DNA of 64,000 bases, taken from an uncultured Acidobacteriota bacterium. Its GTDB lineage: Bacteria; Acidobacteriota; Thermoanaerobaculia; Gp7-AA8. The stretch lies in the NCBI GenBank assembly GCA_963822445.1, contig CAWGHO010000002.1:768001-832000 (forward strand). The letters run 5' to 3'. The notes under the pieces are model-generated. The model saw only the letters and a list, made by a program, of their open reading frames with translations, did not search any database and was not told where the DNA came from. Both the position numbers and the translations under genes were made by a program. Shown piece after piece: positions 20,238-30,403 of this stretch; position 1 is the stretch's first letter; each line of letters opens with the position of its first letter.

Positions 20238-21159
20238 CGCGCAGCTCCCTTCCCGTCAGCGCGACGAAGAGATCCTCGAGCGTGGCCGCGTGCGTGGTCA
20301 GCGTGATCAGCTTCGCGCCGCGCGCCTCGATCATGCTCAGGAGCTGCGGCACGGACGCGGCGAGCGAATCGACACGCAACTGCCAGCCGCCGCCGCGCGC
20401 GGTCGCGCCGTGAAAGCCGTCGATATTCTGAAAGACGCTCTCGTCGAGCGCCGGCTCGCTGACGAACTCGATGACATGCGGCGCCTCGAGCTTGGCGATG
20501 AGCTCTTTCGGCGTGCCGAGGGCGATGAGATGGCCGTGATCGACGATGCCCACGCGGTCGCAGAGGCGCTCCGCTTCTTCCATGTAGTGCGTGGTCAGCA
20601 GGACCGTCCCGCCGCCGGCGCGGAAGCGCGCCACGATGTCCCACAACTGCAGGCGGCTCTGCGGATCGAGGCCCGTCGTGGGCTCGTCGAGAAACAGGAT
20701 GTCCGGTTCACCGACGAGCGCGCAGGCAACAGCCAGCCGCTGCTTCTGCCCGCCGGAGAGCTTTCCGACGCGCGCGTTCTTCTTCTCGTCGAGCGAGAGA
20801 TCGCGCAGCAGCTCGTCGGGATTGCGGCCTTCGCGATAGAACGAGCGGAACAAGCGCAGGGTCTCGTAAACGGTCAGCTTGTCGGCGAGCTGCGTTTCCT
20901 GCAGCGACACGCCGATGCGCTCGCGCAGCTCGCGCTCGTCGTCATCCCAGTTCAGGCCGAGGATGCGCACCTCGCCGGAATCGGGATTGTTGAGGCCTTC
21001 CAGGATCTCGATCGTGGTCGTTTTGCCGGCGCCGTTCGGGCCGAGGAGGCCGAAGCATTCGCCGCGATCGACGAGCAGGTCGATGCCGTCGACCGCCTTC
21101 ACGTCGTCGTAGTGCTTCTTGAGGTTGCGGCAGGTGACCGCGGTGCCGTTGCTGCTCAC
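20230..21159 (-). CDS. ABC-2 type ATP-binding protein
   Basis: GPNGAGKTT, LSGGQKQR, DEPTTGLD, TTHYMEEA. Confidence 0.93.
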   Translation of the reverse strand: MSSNGTAVTCRNLKKHYDDVKAVDGIDLLVDRGECFGLLGPNGAGKTTTIEILEGLNNPDSGEVRILGLNWDDDERELRERIGVSLQETQLADKLTVYETLRLFRSFYREGRNPDELLRDLSLDEKKNARVGKLSGGQKQRLAVACALVGEPDILFLDEPTTGLDPQSRLQLWDIVARFRAGGGTVLLTTHYMEEAERLCDRVGIVDHGHLIALGTPKELIAKLEAPHVIEFVSEPALDESVFQNIDGFHGATARGGGWQLRVDSLAASVPQLLSMIEARGAKLITLTTHAATLEDLFVALTGRELRDA

Positions 21160-21190
21160 GAGGCCGGAGAAGATAGCATCCTGTGCCGTC

Positions 21191-21257
21191 GTGTGGTGCA
21201 GGCCTCCGGCCTGCCTTCAATCACCGCAGAAAGGCAGGCCGGAGGCCCGCACTACAC
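21191..21257. repeat. REP-like palindrome (GTGG/GTAG-type)
   Basis: GTGTGGTGCAGGCCTCCGGCCTGC ... GCAGGCCGGAGGCCCGCACTACAC. Confidence 0.8.
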
Positions 21258-21280
21258 CGGGGAAGCAGTAGCATCCCGCG

Positions 21281-22195
21281 ATGCTTGCTTCACACGACCT
21301 GCGCATCGCCGTCCGCGCCACCGCCGTCAATCGCGCCGATCTCCTCCAGGCCGCCGGCCACTACCCGCCCCCTCCCGGCGCCTCCGAGATCCTCGGCCTC
21401 GAATGCGCGGGCGTCGTCGCCGAGGTCGGATCGGAGGTGCGCGGCTGGAAGAACGGCGACCGCGCGATGGCGTTGCTGGCCGGCGGCGGATACGCGGAAG
21501 AAGTGATCGTGCATCACGGCTCGGCGATGCATGTGCCCGACTTGCTGACTGACGACGAAGCGGCCGCGATCCCCGAGGTTTTCCTGACCGCGTTCCTGAA
21601 CGTCTTTCTGCTCGCCGCGGTGCGCGAAGGTGAGACCGCGCTGATTCATGGCGGCGGCAGCGGCGTGGGGACGGCCGCAACGACTTTGTGCAAGCTGGTC
21701 GGTGTGCGGGTGATCGTCACCGCCGGCTCGGATGAAAAGTGCGCGCGCTGCATCGAGCACGGCGCCGACCTGGCCATCAATTACAAGACCGAGGATTTCG
21801 TGGAGAAGGCTCGCGGCGTGAATGTGATCCTCGACCACATCGGCGCGCGCTATTTGCCGCGGGACCTCGAGGCGCTGGCCATGGACGGCCGGATCGTAAT
21901 CATCGGCTCGATGGGCGGCCAGCGCGAGGCCTCCATCGACGTGGTGAAGCTCCTCGGCAAACGCGCGCAGGTCACCGGCTCGACTCTGCGTTCGCGATCC
22001 GTCGAGGAGAAGGCCTCGATCGTGTCCGCGTTCCTGGCGCGGTTCGGCGCGGATCTGGAGGCCGGCCGCATCCGGCCGGTCATTCATTCGGTGATGCCGC
22101 TCGAGCAGTGGAAGGAAGCGCACCGGCTCATGGAGTCGAGCGAGCACTTCGGCAAGATCGTGCTCACAAGAAGTACAGGCCGGCCCACACCTTGA
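21281..22195 (+). CDS. NAD(P)H-quinone oxidoreductase (PIG3 type, MDR family)
   Basis: VNRADLLQ, YPPPPG, GLECAG, HGGGSGVG, HFGKIVL. Confidence 0.92.
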   Translation: MLASHDLRIAVRATAVNRADLLQAAGHYPPPPGASEILGLECAGVVAEVGSEVRGWKNGDRAMALLAGGGYAEEVIVHHGSAMHVPDLLTDDEAAAIPEVFLTAFLNVFLLAAVREGETALIHGGGSGVGTAATTLCKLVGVRVIVTAGSDEKCARCIEHGADLAINYKTEDFVEKARGVNVILDHIGARYLPRDLEALAMDGRIVIIGSMGGQREASIDVVKLLGKRAQVTGSTLRSRSVEEKASIVSAFLARFGADLEAGRIRPVIHSVMPLEQWKEAHRLMESSEHFGKIVLTRSTGRPTP

Positions 22196-22652
22196 GATCG
22201 ATCATCGCCGACTGTTTCCCGAGCCAGCTTTTCAGCTCTCCGCGCGGAATCGCGTGCACGGTGATGTCCTCGCCGCCCACTCCCCCGCCCTCTCCTTTCT
22301 TCGTCACGCCGAGCGCGCGGTAGAGCGTGACCAGCTCCGAAGTGATGCCGGGGGAGGAAGGGCCTTTCACGAGGCGCTCGACGGTCTCGCAGACATAGCC
22401 CGTCTCTTCTTCGAGCTCCTTCTTCGCGGTGTCGTCCGCGCTGATGGAAGGATCATCGTCACCAACCAGCCCCGCCGGCCAGTCGATGACGCGCTCGTTC
22501 ACGGGACGGCGGAATTGCTCGGTGAGGATGACCAGGCCATCGTCCGTCTCGGCGATGATCGCGACCGCTTCCTTCCCCTTTTTTCGTTCGACGAATTGCC
22601 AGCGATCGCGCTCGATGACGAGGATGTGGTCGCCGGTGAAGACTGTCTTCAT
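22164..22652 (-). CDS. NUDIX hydrolase (ADP-ribose pyrophosphatase-like)
   Basis: PAGLVG...AKKELEEETGY Nudix box; SSPG. Confidence 0.88.
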   Translation of the reverse strand: MKTVFTGDHILVIERDRWQFVERKKGKEAVAIIAETDDGLVILTEQFRRPVNERVIDWPAGLVGDDDPSISADDTAKKELEEETGYVCETVERLVKGPSSPGITSELVTLYRALGVTKKGEGGGVGGEDITVHAIPRGELKSWLGKQSAMIDLKVWAGLYFL

Positions 22653-22667
22653 TGCCGCCTCCCGACC

Positions 22668-22742
22668 GGTTGCTGAGTTGCTGGGTTGCTGAGTTGCTGG
22701 GTCCCCCACCCAGCAACCTAGCAACTCGGCGACCAAGCAACC
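22668..22742. repeat. Inverted octamer tandem-repeat hairpin (GGTTGCTG type)
   Basis: Directly visible; same unit at 25019-25125. Confidence 0.85.
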
Positions 22743-22745
22743 GTT

Positions 22746-23801
22746 TCAAAACAACATCCCTTGCAAACTCCGGCGCCGGAAGTGTTCCGTCGACAACTCC
22801 CGATCCTCTTCATTGAACCCGGACCTGCGGCAGGCCACGTCGAAGAGGGCGGCGATCTGTTCGGCGAAAATCCCTTCCCCTTTGCCCCGCACGCCCCATT
22901 TCGCGTCGTAGAGCTTGCCGCCGCGGAGGTCGCGGACGCGGTTCAGGACCTTGTCCTTGCGGTCGGGAAAGTGCTCTTCCAGCCAGCGCTCGAACAGCGG
23001 CGCGACGGCCCAGGGCAGGCGCAGCACGACGAAGCCCGCCCATTTCGCGCCGGCTTTGCGCGCGGCTTCGAGGATCTTCGGCATCTCGTGATCGGTAATG
23101 CCCGGCACGACCGGTGCGACCATCACGCCCACCGGCACGCCGGCATCGCTCAGCTTCGCCAGAGCCTCGAGCCGCATCTCCGGGGTCGACGTCCGCGGCT
23201 CCATCGTTCGCGCGAGATTCGCGTCGAGCGTGGTGATCGACACAAACACCCGCGTGGCGTTGAAGCGCGCCAGTTCGGCGAAGAGATCGGCGTCGCGCGT
23301 CACCAGGTGATTCTTCGTGATCACGCCCACTGGATTGCGGAACTCCGCCAGCACCTCGATGCAGCCGCGGGTGATGCCCAGTTTGCGCTCGATCGGCTGG
23401 TAGGGATCGGTCACGCCACTGATGGCGATGGTCTTCGGCTCCCACGACTTCTTGCTCAGCTCCTCGCGCAGCAGCTCCGCCGCGTCTTCCTTCACCAGGA
23501 TCTTCGACTCGAAGTCGAGGCCGGCGGAGAAGCCCAGGTACTCATGCGTGGGACGCGCAAAACAGTAGATGCAGCCATGCTCGCAGCCGCGGTAGGGATT
23601 GATGCTGGCCTCGAAGCCGACGTCCGGGCTGTCGTTCGTGGCGATGATGGTGCGGGTCGGATCGCGCATGTAGATCGTGCGCGGACCGGAATCACGCTCT
23701 TCGATGTGCGCGTCTTCGTCGACGACGTATTCGAGTTTTTCGAACCGGTTGTTGGGGTTCCAGGACGCCCCGCGTCCTTTGATGGGATTGGGATCGTTCA
23801 A
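22746..23801 (-). CDS. PA0069/Rv2578c family radical SAM protein
   Basis: KGRGA N-terminus, NPYRGCEHGCIYCFAR, TDPYQPIE; TTG start overlapping the MFS stop. Confidence 0.92.
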   Translation of the reverse strand: MNDPNPIKGRGASWNPNNRFEKLEYVVDEDAHIEERDSGPRTIYMRDPTRTIIATNDSPDVGFEASINPYRGCEHGCIYCFARPTHEYLGFSAGLDFESKILVKEDAAELLREELSKKSWEPKTIAISGVTDPYQPIERKLGITRGCIEVLAEFRNPVGVITKNHLVTRDADLFAELARFNATRVFVSITTLDANLARTMEPRTSTPEMRLEALAKLSDAGVPVGVMVAPVVPGITDHEMPKILEAARKAGAKWAGFVVLRLPWAVAPLFERWLEEHFPDRKDKVLNRVRDLRGGKLYDAKWGVRGKGEGIFAEQIAALFDVACRRSGFNEEDRELSTEHFRRRSLQGMLF

Positions 23802-25018
23802 AGTTCCCGCAATTTTCGCAGACCGGGCGAGCGCCAGGCCGTGAGTGCTACGACCAGTAGAGTCATGAACCCGCCGAAAAGGACCGAAGGCACTACGCCG
23901 AGTAGACGCGCTGCCATCCCCGACTCGAACGCGCCGATCTCGTTCGACGAGCCGATGAAGATCTGATTGACCGCCGAGACGCGGCCGAGGAGGTGCTGGG
24001 GTGTGCGGGTCTGGAGGAGCGTCGAGCGGATGACCACGCTCACGTTGTCGAAGATGCCGCTGGCGAAGAGGACGGCGAAGGAGACCCAGAAGTGCCGCGA
24101 CAGGGCGAAGGCGATCATGCACACCCCGAACGCCGCCACCGACGCGAACAACGCGAATCCCGCACGGCGCATGGGCGGGCGGTGGGCGATGACGAAGCCG
24201 GTCAGGATCGCGCCGGCCGCGGGTGCAGCGCGTAGAACGCCCAGGCCTTCCGGTCCGGCGTCGAGCAACTTCGCGAACACGGGCAACAACGCGACCGCAC
24301 CGCCGAAGAGCACCGCGAACAGATCGAGAGTCATCGCCGCGAGCAGCACCGGCTCGCGCCAGACGAAGCGAAGTCCGGCCTTCAGGCTCTCACCGAACGG
24401 CTCGCCCTCTTCGACCACCGGCCGCGAACGCTCGGCCACGGACGTGATCACAACCAGGGACACGATCATCACCGCGATGACACCGCCGTAAGCGGCGGTC
24501 GGTCCCGCGAATCCGTATGCCATGCCGCCGAGAGCCGGTCCGGCCACGGCCGCGAAATGCCAGCTCGACGTCCGCCAGGCCACCGCGTTCGGATAGAGCT
24601 CGCGAGGCACGACCTGCGCGGACAGCGCCACGATCGACGGACGCATGAAACTCCGCGCGGTCGCGCTCAGCGCGATGATCAGATACACCGGCCAGACCCG
24701 TCCCGCGTGAATCGCATTCGGCGTGACGGTCAGCAACAGCAGCGCGATCGCCGAGAGCACCATCGCGAACGTGCCGGCGATCCCCATCGTCCGCCGCTCC
24801 GCGCGATCGGCCACATGCCCCGCATACAAGGCAATGGCAATGTACGGCAGCGCCTCGGCCAACCCGATGAGCCCCAGCGTCAGCGGATCGCCCGTGAGCG
24901 CGAACACCTGCCACCCCACGACCACGATCTGCGCCTCACGCGCGAGGGTGAGCGTGCCGTGGGAGAGAAGGAGCTTGCGGAAGTCGGGGATGGCCAGTGC
25001 GGCGTAGGGAGATGACAT
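23798..25018 (-). CDS. MFS transporter (H+ antiporter-3 type)
   Basis: About 12 TMs; GHVADRAERR, LDLFAVLFGG, SNEIGAFESG. Confidence 0.9.
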   Translation of the reverse strand: MSSPYAALAIPDFRKLLLSHGTLTLAREAQIVVVGWQVFALTGDPLTLGLIGLAEALPYIAIALYAGHVADRAERRTMGIAGTFAMVLSAIALLLLTVTPNAIHAGRVWPVYLIIALSATARSFMRPSIVALSAQVVPRELYPNAVAWRTSSWHFAAVAGPALGGMAYGFAGPTAAYGGVIAVMIVSLVVITSVAERSRPVVEEGEPFGESLKAGLRFVWREPVLLAAMTLDLFAVLFGGAVALLPVFAKLLDAGPEGLGVLRAAPAAGAILTGFVIAHRPPMRRAGFALFASVAAFGVCMIAFALSRHFWVSFAVLFASGIFDNVSVVIRSTLLQTRTPQHLLGRVSAVNQIFIGSSNEIGAFESGMAARLLGVVPSVLFGGFMTLLVVALTAWRSPGLRKLREL

Positions 25019-25125
25019 GGTTGCTGAGTTGCTGGGTTGCTAGGTTGCTGGGCGCTCCGCAGGACGCGCGATCATGCCCCTTGGCGAAGCACTCAGCAAC
25101 CTAGCAACCCAGCAACCCAGCAACC
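25019..25125. repeat. Inverted octamer tandem-repeat hairpin (GGTTGCTG type)
   Basis: Directly visible. Confidence 0.85.
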
Positions 25126-25157
25126 GCGCGGCGCGCCGCGCGCTACACTGCGCCGCA

Positions 25158-25775
25158 ATGCAGCGCGAAGAGAAGTCCGAGCGCAGCCGCCGCGCGGTTC
25201 TCGATGCGGCACTTCACCTCTTCTCCCACCAGGGATACCGCGCCACGACCATGCGCGACATCGCCGATCGCGCGAAGGTCTCCACCGGCAACGTCTACCA
25301 TCACTTTCCGGACAAGGAAGCGATCTTCCGGGCGCTGCTCGACGAGTACATGGAGATCGTGGAATCGCGGCGCTTCCCGTTCACCCGCGCCTTCTACGAA
25401 ACCGATCGCTTCCCCGAGAACATCGAGGCCCTCGGATACGCCGCCCGCGCCAGCGTCAAACAGTTCCGCGACTACCTCGCGCTGTTCTACGTCGACGTCA
25501 TCGAGTTCGGCGGCACGCACATTCAGAAGTTCTACGAGTCGATGAGCGACCGCTTCACCCGCTTCTTCGAAGAACAGGGCTCGATCGACGACGTCCGGAC
25601 CCGGCTGCGGCCCTCCGTCTCTCCCACTGACGCAATGCTCCTCACCTCGCGGCTCTTCTTCAACTACTTCTCCCTCGAGATCCTCTTCGGCGTGCACGAG
25701 CCGTTCGGAAAGAGCTCGGACGAAGTGGTGAAGGAGATCGCCGACATCATTCGGAACGGAATCTGCGCACGATGA
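25158..25775 (+). CDS. TetR/AcrR family regulator
   Basis: VLDAALHLF...TMRDIADRAKVSTGNVYHHFPDK. Confidence 0.92.
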   Translation: MQREEKSERSRRAVLDAALHLFSHQGYRATTMRDIADRAKVSTGNVYHHFPDKEAIFRALLDEYMEIVESRRFPFTRAFYETDRFPENIEALGYAARASVKQFRDYLALFYVDVIEFGGTHIQKFYESMSDRFTRFFEEQGSIDDVRTRLRPSVSPTDAMLLTSRLFFNYFSLEILFGVHEPFGKSSDEVVKEIADIIRNGICAR

Positions 25776-28528
25776 AGAAACTGCTGCTGGTTGTTCTGCT
25801 CGCGACTGCTGCATTCGCACAAAACGACGAGACCTATACCGCGGACATCCGGAAATTCACGACCGATCCGCGGTTCATGACCGAGCTCGTCGACCACCTC
25901 CCCGCGTCCGCGACCGTGCCGACGCCGCTGAAGTTCAACGGCTACATCTCCGGCGCGGAAGGGAAGCTGACTTACGCCGAGGATGTGCACCGGTACATGC
26001 GGGCGCTCGCGGCCGCGTCGCCACGGGTGAAGGTTTTCTCGATCGGGCAGAGCGAGGAAGGGCGGGAGATGATCGCCGTGGCGATCGCGAACGAAGAGAC
26101 CATCGCCGGTCTCGATCGCTACCGCGAGATCACGCGCAAGCTCTCCGATCCCCGCAGGATCTCTGACGACGAGGCGAAGCAACTGATCGCCACCGGCAAG
26201 CCGATCTATCACGCCACCGGCGCGCTGCACTCGCCGGAAACGGGCAGCCCGGAGATGCTGATGGAGCTGGCGTACCGGCTGGCCGTCGAAGAGACGGAGT
26301 TCATCAGGGCCATCCGCGACAACATCATCGTGCTGCTCACGCCGGTGCTCGAAGTCGATGGCCGCAATCGCCAGGTCGATCTCTGGCGTTACCGCGAAGC
26401 GAATCCAGGCCTGCCCACGCCGCCGCTCGCGTACTGGGGCAAGTACGTCGCCCACGACAACAACCGCGACCAGATCAACCTCACCCTCGCGCTCAGCAAG
26501 AACATGATGAACGCGTACAACGAGTGGCACCCGCAGGTCATGCACGACCTGCACGAGTCCGTGCCGTTCCTGTACGTCTCCACCGGCACCGGCCCGTTCA
26601 ATCCCGCGCTCGATCCGCTGATGATCGACGAGTGGCATCGCATGGGATTCAACGAAGTCGACGAGATGACGCGCCGCGGCCTGCCCGGCGTCTGGCTGCA
26701 CGGCTTCTGGGACGGCTGGGCGCCGAACTATCTGTTCTGGCTCGGCGCGGGACGCAACACCATCGCCCGCTTTTACGAGACCTTCGGCAATCGCTGGCCC
26801 ACGACCGAGAAGCGCGTGGTGCGCAGCGCGAGCGAGCGGGCCTGGTTCCGCACGAATCCAGCACTTCCTGAAGTGAAGTGGTCGATCCGCAATAACGTCA
26901 ACTATCAGCAGTCCGCGTTGCTCTTCGCGCTGAACGACATGGCCCGCAATCGCGAGCGCTTTCTCGATCGCTACTACGCGATGGGCAAGCGCGCCATCGC
27001 CAAGGCCGCGAACGAGGGACCGGCGGCGTGGGTCTTCAACGCCGATCAGAAGCGGCAGGGACAATTGCATGAGCTGGTGACGCTGCTCCGCCGCCAGGGC
27101 ATCGAGGTGCATACCGCGAACGAAGCGTTCTCCATGACCGCGAACTGGCCGCCCCAGAAAAAAGATGACAAGCCGGAACCGGTGAAGTTCGCCAAAGGCT
27201 CGTTCATCGTCCGCATGGATCAGCCCTATTCGCGCCTGGCCGACACGCTGCTCGACGTGCAGTACGTCCGCGGCGACGAGCGGGTCTACGACGACACCGG
27301 CTGGACGCTGCCGTACCTGAAGAACGTGACCGCGCACCGCGTCGTGAATCCGGACGTGCTCAAAGTGAAGATGAGCGAATGGTCGGGCGGACCGGCGCCG
27401 GCAATCACCGCCAATCACGCCGAGACCGAACTGGTGCGCCGCCGCTTCGCCGATCCGAACGTGAAGCTGCTCGTCGCCACCGAAGAATTCACGGTCAACA
27501 AGAAGAAGACCGCCGCCGGCACGGTACTGACTGACGCTCCGGCGGCGGCAAAGACGCGCGAGCTGCGCACACCGCGCATCGCCCTGATGCACACCTGGTT
27601 CTCCACGCAGGACGAAGGCTGGTGGCGTCTCGCGCTGGAGTCGATGGGCGTTCCCTACGACTACATCTCGACGCAGGACGCGTCGCAAATCGCCGATCTG
27701 AAGTCGCGCTACGACGTGATTCTCTTTCCGCCGGTTGGCCGCACGTCGTCACAGGACCTCGTCAACGGTTACGCGCCCGGCCCGCCCCTTCCCTGGAAAA
27801 AGACCGCCCTCACCCCGAACCTCGGCGTCGACGAAACCGACGACATGCGCCCCGGCCTCGGCCTCACCGGCGTCGCCAATCTGACGAAGTTCGTCGAGGA
27901 CGGCGGCCTGCTCGTGACCTCGCGCGACACCGCGGTGTGGGCTGTCGAGTACGGACTGGCGCGTTGGGTGCGAGTCGTGGACACGAGCAAACTGAAAGCG
28001 CCGGGGACGATCGTGCAGGGCGCGGTCACGGACAAGAAGAGCGTCGTGGCCGAAGGGTATGACGACACGATTCCGCTGTACTTCAGCGGTTCGCCGGTGT
28101 TCCGCGTCGGCTTCCGCGATACGCCCGAGCCGCCGGAATCGCGGCCGAGCGGACGGGGAACCCGCACCGATCCCGACGTTCCGCAGGGGCGCGTCTTCGT
28201 GCCCACTCCCGAGCGGCCGAAGCCGGGCCCGGGCGAGGCCGGATTCCAGTTGCCCGAGGATGCGCCGTGGAGCGTCGAGCACGCGTTCCCGCGCGCCGAG
28301 GACCGTCCGAAGGTGATCGTGTCGTTCGCCGAGAAGGCCGATCAGCTCCTGCTCTCGGGCATGCTCGAAGGCGGCGATGAACTGGCCGGGAAACCGGCGG
28401 TGATCGTCTCGCCGCGCGGCAAAGGCAACGTGATGCTCTTTGCGGTGAATCCGATGTGGCGCATGAATACCTCGGGGATGTACGCGCTGGTGATGAATGC
28501 GGTGATGAATTGGGATCAGTTGCGATGA
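25772..28528 (+). CDS. M14 family zinc carboxypeptidase (large, secreted)
   Basis: Signal peptide; HSPE, DNNRD, DLHE. Confidence 0.9.
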   Translation: MKKLLLVVLLATAAFAQNDETYTADIRKFTTDPRFMTELVDHLPASATVPTPLKFNGYISGAEGKLTYAEDVHRYMRALAAASPRVKVFSIGQSEEGREMIAVAIANEETIAGLDRYREITRKLSDPRRISDDEAKQLIATGKPIYHATGALHSPETGSPEMLMELAYRLAVEETEFIRAIRDNIIVLLTPVLEVDGRNRQVDLWRYREANPGLPTPPLAYWGKYVAHDNNRDQINLTLALSKNMMNAYNEWHPQVMHDLHESVPFLYVSTGTGPFNPALDPLMIDEWHRMGFNEVDEMTRRGLPGVWLHGFWDGWAPNYLFWLGAGRNTIARFYETFGNRWPTTEKRVVRSASERAWFRTNPALPEVKWSIRNNVNYQQSALLFALNDMARNRERFLDRYYAMGKRAIAKAANEGPAAWVFNADQKRQGQLHELVTLLRRQGIEVHTANEAFSMTANWPPQKKDDKPEPVKFAKGSFIVRMDQPYSRLADTLLDVQYVRGDERVYDDTGWTLPYLKNVTAHRVVNPDVLKVKMSEWSGGPAPAITANHAETELVRRRFADPNVKLLVATEEFTVNKKKTAAGTVLTDAPAAAKTRELRTPRIALMHTWFSTQDEGWWRLALESMGVPYDYISTQDASQIADLKSRYDVILFPPVGRTSSQDLVNGYAPGPPLPWKKTALTPNLGVDETDDMRPGLGLTGVANLTKFVEDGGLLVTSRDTAVWAVEYGLARWVRVVDTSKLKAPGTIVQGAVTDKKSVVAEGYDDTIPLYFSGSPVFRVGFRDTPEPPESRPSGRGTRTDPDVPQGRVFVPTPERPKPGPGEAGFQLPEDAPWSVEHAFPRAEDRPKVIVSFAEKADQLLLSGMLEGGDELAGKPAVIVSPRGKGNVMLFAVNPMWRMNTSGMYALVMNAVMNWDQLR

Positions 28529-29271
28529 CCTGGTCACCCGAGCAATACCAACGCTTCCAAACCGAGCGAAAACAACCCTACCTCGACCTCCTCTCCCTCA
28601 TCGAGCGCCGCCCGCGCATGCGCGTCGTCGACCTCGGCTGCGGGACCGGTGAGCTGACCCGCGAGCTGCACGAAACACTCGGGGCCGAGGAAACGGTCGG
28701 CATCGACGACTCCGACACCATGCTCCTCAAGAGCGGGCATTTTGAGGACGAGATGCTGCGGTTCGAGCGGGGGAACATCGAGGCTTTCGTCACCGACAAA
28801 CCGTACGACCTCGTTTTTTCCAACGCGGCCATGCACTGGATTCCCGAGCACGAGCAGCTTCTGCGGCGCCTGACGAACTTTCTGGCCATGGACGGGCAGA
28901 TCGCCATCCAGTTCCCGGTGAACGATTCCCATCCCTCGCACGCGATTGCGTCCGAGGTGGCGCAGGAGTTCGGAATCGCGCCGCGGCCTGCGTACGTGCT
29001 CGAGCCCGAGCGCTACGCGGAGATCCTCAACGGGCTCGGATACAAACGGCAGCACGTGCGCATGCAGGTTTACGGTCACGTTCTGCCATCGACGGACGAC
29101 GTGGTGGAGTGGGTTCGCGGCGCGCTGTTGACCTGGTACCAGTCGCTCCTCTCACCGGAGAAGTTCGAGGAGTTTCTCAACGCGTACCGCGAGCGACTGC
29201 TCGGCAAGCTCGGCGACGAACGGCCGTTCTTCTACACGTACAAACGGATCCTGCTCTGGGGCTCGTTCTAG
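28525..29271 (+). CDS. tam: Trans-aconitate 2-methyltransferase-like SAM methyltransferase
   Basis: WSPEQY.RF..ER, VVDLGCGTG, FSNAAMHW. Confidence 0.8.
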   Translation: MTWSPEQYQRFQTERKQPYLDLLSLIERRPRMRVVDLGCGTGELTRELHETLGAEETVGIDDSDTMLLKSGHFEDEMLRFERGNIEAFVTDKPYDLVFSNAAMHWIPEHEQLLRRLTNFLAMDGQIAIQFPVNDSHPSHAIASEVAQEFGIAPRPAYVLEPERYAEILNGLGYKRQHVRMQVYGHVLPSTDDVVEWVRGALLTWYQSLLSPEKFEEFLNAYRERLLGKLGDERPFFYTYKRILLWGSF

Positions 29272-29274
29272 GAC

Positions 29275-29375
29275 GTACGGCGGGCGTCTCGCCCGCAAGC
29301 CGCCGGACGTCTCGGCCGGCGGTATAGCGCGGCGCGTGACGCGCCGCGCGTGGGCGGGCGGGACGCCCGCCGTAC
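29275..29375. repeat. REP-like palindrome
   Basis: GTACGGCGGGCGTCTCGCCCGC ... GCGGGCGGGACGCCCGCCGTAC between convergent genes. Confidence 0.8.
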
Positions 29376-29849
29376 CTAGTCCTCGGCCATGATCGTGTGC
29401 AGGGCCAGCATCACGGTCATCGAGGCCAGCACGAAGATCATCGCGAAGAACGACATCGACAGTGACGGCGCGTTCGAGCTCGCGGTGACCACGGCCGCCG
29501 GCGTCAGGCTGCCGATCCACGCCTGAACCGCGTCCCACTTCCAGGTCATCACCGCCGCCCATCCGCCCGCGACCACGAGGTACGCCAGCATCTGCACGAC
29601 GGTCAGCGGTCGCGCAACGCGCTGCGAATCGATCGTTCCCTGAAGGAGTTTCGCCTTGAGCCAGACGATCGACGGATCAGGCAGGACGCGGTGCTGATCG
29701 CGAATCCCGGCGAAGGTGCTCATCCAGGGCGCGACCGCCGCGGTGGCGACACAGTCGTCGCACTCCGCGAGATGGCGGCGCAGATTGTCAGGCCAGCGAT
29801 CTTCGGTCGCGGCGCGAAGGACGTCTGCTTCCCAGCGACAGGCGTTCAT
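29376..29849 (-). CDS. Putative zinc-binding anti-sigma factor (membrane)
   Basis: HLAECDDC (HxxxCxxC), two TMs, directly downstream of an ECF sigma. Confidence 0.75.
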   Translation of the reverse strand: MNACRWEADVLRAATEDRWPDNLRRHLAECDDCVATAAVAPWMSTFAGIRDQHRVLPDPSIVWLKAKLLQGTIDSQRVARPLTVVQMLAYLVVAGGWAAVMTWKWDAVQAWIGSLTPAAVVTASSNAPSLSMSFFAMIFVLASMTVMLALHTIMAED

Positions 29850-30400
29850 GGCGCGAGACCCTTCTTCTTGAGCAGTTCGCCGAGTCTTTTCCTGGCGCGG
29901 AACAGCAGGACTTTCACGCTCTTCGTTTTGACGCCGAGGGCGTCGCCGATGTCTTCGTGATCGGCTTCTTCGACGTGCGCGAGCCAGAGCAGCGCGCGCT
30001 CGCGAGGCTTGAGCTCAGCGAAGATCTTCATCATGTCGTGCCGCAGAACCTCTCGCCCCTCGGCCTGAGCTGGCGGAGGCTCGACCTCGCGCGTCCGCTC
30101 CCGCTTCATCTCCCGGAAATGATCGAGCGCGAGATTCGTCGCCGCGCGGAAGATCCAGCGGCGCATGTGCTCCTCCGAGGCGAGAGTGGGATTCGCGCGG
30201 AGGAAACGGAAGAAGGCCTTCTGCAGCAGATCGTCGGCTGCCGCCGGATCGCCGGTCAGCCGGTAGAGGTACGACCAGAGACTCCCCGCGTTGGCGCGAT
30301 AGAAGCTCTCGAATCGCGCCTCCTCCATCGGCTTAGGGCTTCCCGTTCGGGGGCGCGCACCGGTGAGGGGCGCCGGCAGAGTCAGACCGGTCGCAAACAT
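29846..30400 (-). CDS. ECF RNA polymerase sigma factor
   Basis: ADDLLQKAF region 2; SVKVLLFRARKRL region 4. Confidence 0.92.
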   Translation of the reverse strand: MFATGLTLPAPLTGARPRTGSPKPMEEARFESFYRANAGSLWSYLYRLTGDPAAADDLLQKAFFRFLRANPTLASEEHMRRWIFRAATNLALDHFREMKRERTREVEPPPAQAEGREVLRHDMMKIFAELKPRERALLWLAHVEEADHEDIGDALGVKTKSVKVLLFRARKRLGELLKKKGLAP

Positions 30401-30403
30401 GGA

